Part shown: positions 61,246 through 64,000 of the stretch, piece after piece
Layout: each line of letters opens with the position of its first letter
Numbering within the stretch: position 1 is the stretch's first letter
Assembly (NCBI GenBank): GCA_002633005.1
Contig: NMRA01000918.1
Location: 27,999-91,998, forward strand
Reading direction: 5' to 3'
DNA from: Phoronis australis
Lineage: Eukaryota; Animalia; Phoronida
DNA: 64,000 nt
Program-made: the position numbers and the translations under genes
Notes under the pieces: generated by a model
Seen by the model: only the letters and a program-made list of their open reading frames with translations
Told to the model about the DNA's origin: nothing
Database searches by the model: none

Positions 61246-61856
61246 AGTAGACAGTGACCACCATCACTAGCTGTCTCAGTAGAGACGGTGAAGCTTCTAT
61301 GAGCTTCATACACCGGAAGCTTTTCGGCGAATTGTCCCTCACACAGATTAAAAAATCAAAGTCACATTGTTATAAGTATGAGTTAGCCTTTTGTGCATAG
61401 AGGGACATCTTAGGAGGCCGTAGGTCTTTAATTCCTTCCAACTCGAACAAATACTCCCGTTATCAAACTTTTTTGTTGAGCAAACCTTCATTCAGTTCCC
61501 AGTATCGGAAACTGAACATTTTTAAAACTGCGCGCCTCAGGTGGTATGACATCACATCCCTTGGCGTGCACAGTGTAAAAATGGCGAGTTATCGATTTTG
61601 GGAACTTTCGAGGGACTGCTCGAAGAAAAAGTTTAGTAACAGGAGGATTTGTTCGAGTTGGAAAAAATTAAAGACATCGACAGCCTCCTAAGGTGTCCCT
61701 CTATGCATAAAAGGCATTTATAACAACGTGACTTTGATGTTTTAGTCAGTGTGAGGCATAGTTCGCCGAAAAGCTTCCGGCGTATGAAGCTCCTACAGGA
61801 GCTCCACCGACTCTCATTGACATTGGGCCAGTTAGAGACGGTGATCACTGTCTACT
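61246..61856. mobile_element. Foldback MITE of about 610 bp (almost fully self-complementary)
   Basis: agtagacagtga / tcactgtctact ends; internal pairs such as ccggaagcttttcggcgaa / ttcgccgaaaagcttccgg and tgcatagagggaca / tgtccctctatgca. Confidence 0.8.
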
Positions 61857-62199
61857 ACTAAAATGCCTGGCTCAAATCAACACAACAAAAAGTCACACCA
61901 TATACTTCCGGTGTATCTTATCATCAACTATCTCAATTCATTTCAATTCAGTTCAACGGCGCATGAAACAAATCTACAAGCAGAAGTCGAACTCCATGTG
62001 CATTGGGCTTGGTCACAGCCAGATGGTTCGTTTTCAGTTAGCCGGGTGGGCTTGACTGAGCCATGGCATTGCCATTCTCATTGCCATTGGCACAAAAATT
62101 GTGTCACTTTTCGACTTTACAACCGATAAAGTTCGGCTTATTAATATAACTGGTTAAAACAGTTTTAAATTGTTTCATTTTAAAGATAGGGCCTACCTA

Positions 62200-63000
62200 T
62201 AGCAGCTATTTCCCCGTGGTTTTTTACGAGTTCGTGGGTTCTACCGTCGCCAGGGAAGTTCACACAGCAAAAGAGGTCAACTCGTATCGTAGATTTTCTG
62301 CCGTGACATCTAGTGGTTGAAAACGACACTAACGATGTAATCTGATTCATGGATTGATTCATCAGTCAGAGACTACAAGGAAACTCCAGTTGCTGGCCAT
62401 TAGAAACTAAGGAGCTTACATCACTACGCGGCTAGCTTCTTTGCCTAAGAACTGGGGTTTGTTCCGTCTTTTGACAGCTTTCTACAGAGGCTTGTTCGTC
62501 GAATTAAACAGTGAGACGCAGCCGGGACAGCTGGGAGTGTTCATTTTTGACTTACATGTAAGTCTTAAAAGACTTGTCTCAACGACTTACAAACTTTGCA
62601 TACCATGAATAATACGCTTACAAGGAAGTCACGCATTTCTAAAGATATTCGGAAATTTTCACCGCTCGTCCTTCTGAGCGGCTTGTACCAGGATCAAAGA
62701 GAGCGCGGAGCCGGAATCAGCAGTGACAATTGTGATGACCGCATTGCCCGATGCGAGCAAGACCCAATTAAGTGTAATTATCCGACCATGAACTATATTA
62801 AACATCTCTGACTGTACATAATGGCGAATTTTCAAAATGTATTAACCACCGATTTTCGTTATAAACGATCACCACGGCGGTATTCAGCTGGAAAAAAACA
62901 ACCAAGTGCGGTTTTCGATTTTTAAAAATCGATGAACTACTCCAAAAGCTCCAACTATAGTGGGCGGGTACGATTGAAGATAAACTACCGCGCATATTAA
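62200..63000 (-). promoter_or_regulatory. Candidate Ppd promoter / non-coding first exon region
   Basis: CpG-richer than the flanks; minus-strand gtaagt donors at about 62590 and 62555. The first coding exon has an acceptor just 5 nt before its ATG, so an upstream exon is required. Confidence 0.35.
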
Positions 63001-64000
63001 TATACTCGGTGGATATACAAACGCTGATCAGAGTTAACAATATCACATGGATTCATTTTTTAATATTTTTCAATCTCCTTTAACCAGATTTTTGACCAGG
63101 AAACAGTTGTTGTGCCCACTTTTCATTTTTTATTACTGACAAAGAGCTAGAATAGTTATGGAGTCAGTGCCACCGAAATTGTCCTGAGATTTCAAATCTT
63201 CAGTTTGGTTATCACCATATTTGTACTTTTGTATGTACTTTATGATTTGTGTTCTAAAGATTGAACTTTAATGACACGTGACAGTGTCGGATCTACGTTT
63301 TCAGCAAGGGGAGTTTAGGATTCCCGCCAAGGTCGAATCCTAGGCGCGTGGCACCGAGCGGGGGAAGGTCGGGAGGGGGGGCAAATTTTTTGTTGGAACA
63401 TCTGCTTACACACACCTTTTTTAGCCTACGAAAAGTCGTATACGAAAAACTGTGGTGTCTCTACAGGGGTTTAGACAACTTCCAAATATTCAAGAGCATA
63501 CGGAGCACCGACGGGACGTAAAAACTTGAATATCAGATGATCGCGTAACAGCAGCCTCAAGTTGTTTAAGAACGAAGACCTGTACTGTTAGTCCGGAAAT
63601 AAACATGTGTTCTGTCTTGTTACGAGAAAAACTGGTGAACGATGGTGCTCTGAACTCATAGTCTATTATTAAAAGCTACAATAAATAATTAGGTATCACT
63701 TTATTAAGCTGAATCATGTTGACAACAATTGAAAAACGTCAAATCTATCAGGAAACAAATCACCTGAAAACAGTTTCTCGAAACCAAAACATCCTGTGCA
63801 CAGTGGTGAAAAGATACACTGGACTAGTTTGCAGAGGGACCAGATGTACACTGAGAGTACACAAAAAGCTGACCTGGTCCGTCACGAGACGAAGAGTACA
63901 CCTGTGCTTATTATCCCTATAAAAATAGTCGATCTGTCGCGGGACCAAACAGTACTGGCTGAGATAAATAGTTTTACAAAGCACACTTTGGTAAAAAAAA

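Overview
AT-rich, intron-rich eukaryotic (invertebrate animal; mollusc/lophotrochozoan is a guess) genomic window with two convergent spliced genes, reconstructed by hand from GT-AG junctions and phase matching. (1) Plus strand, about 12.2-30.9 kb: a RIPOR/FAM65 (Rho family-interacting cell polarization regulator) homologue with 18 clear coding exons plus a probable 24-nt microexon, about 905-913 aa. (2) Minus strand, 59.5-36.7 kb: a 9-exon thiamine-diphosphate-dependent phosphonopyruvate decarboxylase (Ppd, second step of 2-aminoethylphosphonate biosynthesis), about 438 aa. Its first coding exon encodes an apparent mitochondrial presequence. The introns carry Helentron-type non-autonomous elements, TIR MITEs, a decayed LINE reverse transcriptase fragment, two foldback pairs of tRNA-like SINE heads and several mini/microsatellites. 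Three tandem near-identical duplications joined at single Ns look like uncollapsed haplotypes: one duplicates a Ppd exon and one exposes an apparent presence/absence insertion. The most interesting signal is an intron-containing, apparently mitochondrion-targeted animal phosphonate-biosynthesis enzyme. No database searches were run.
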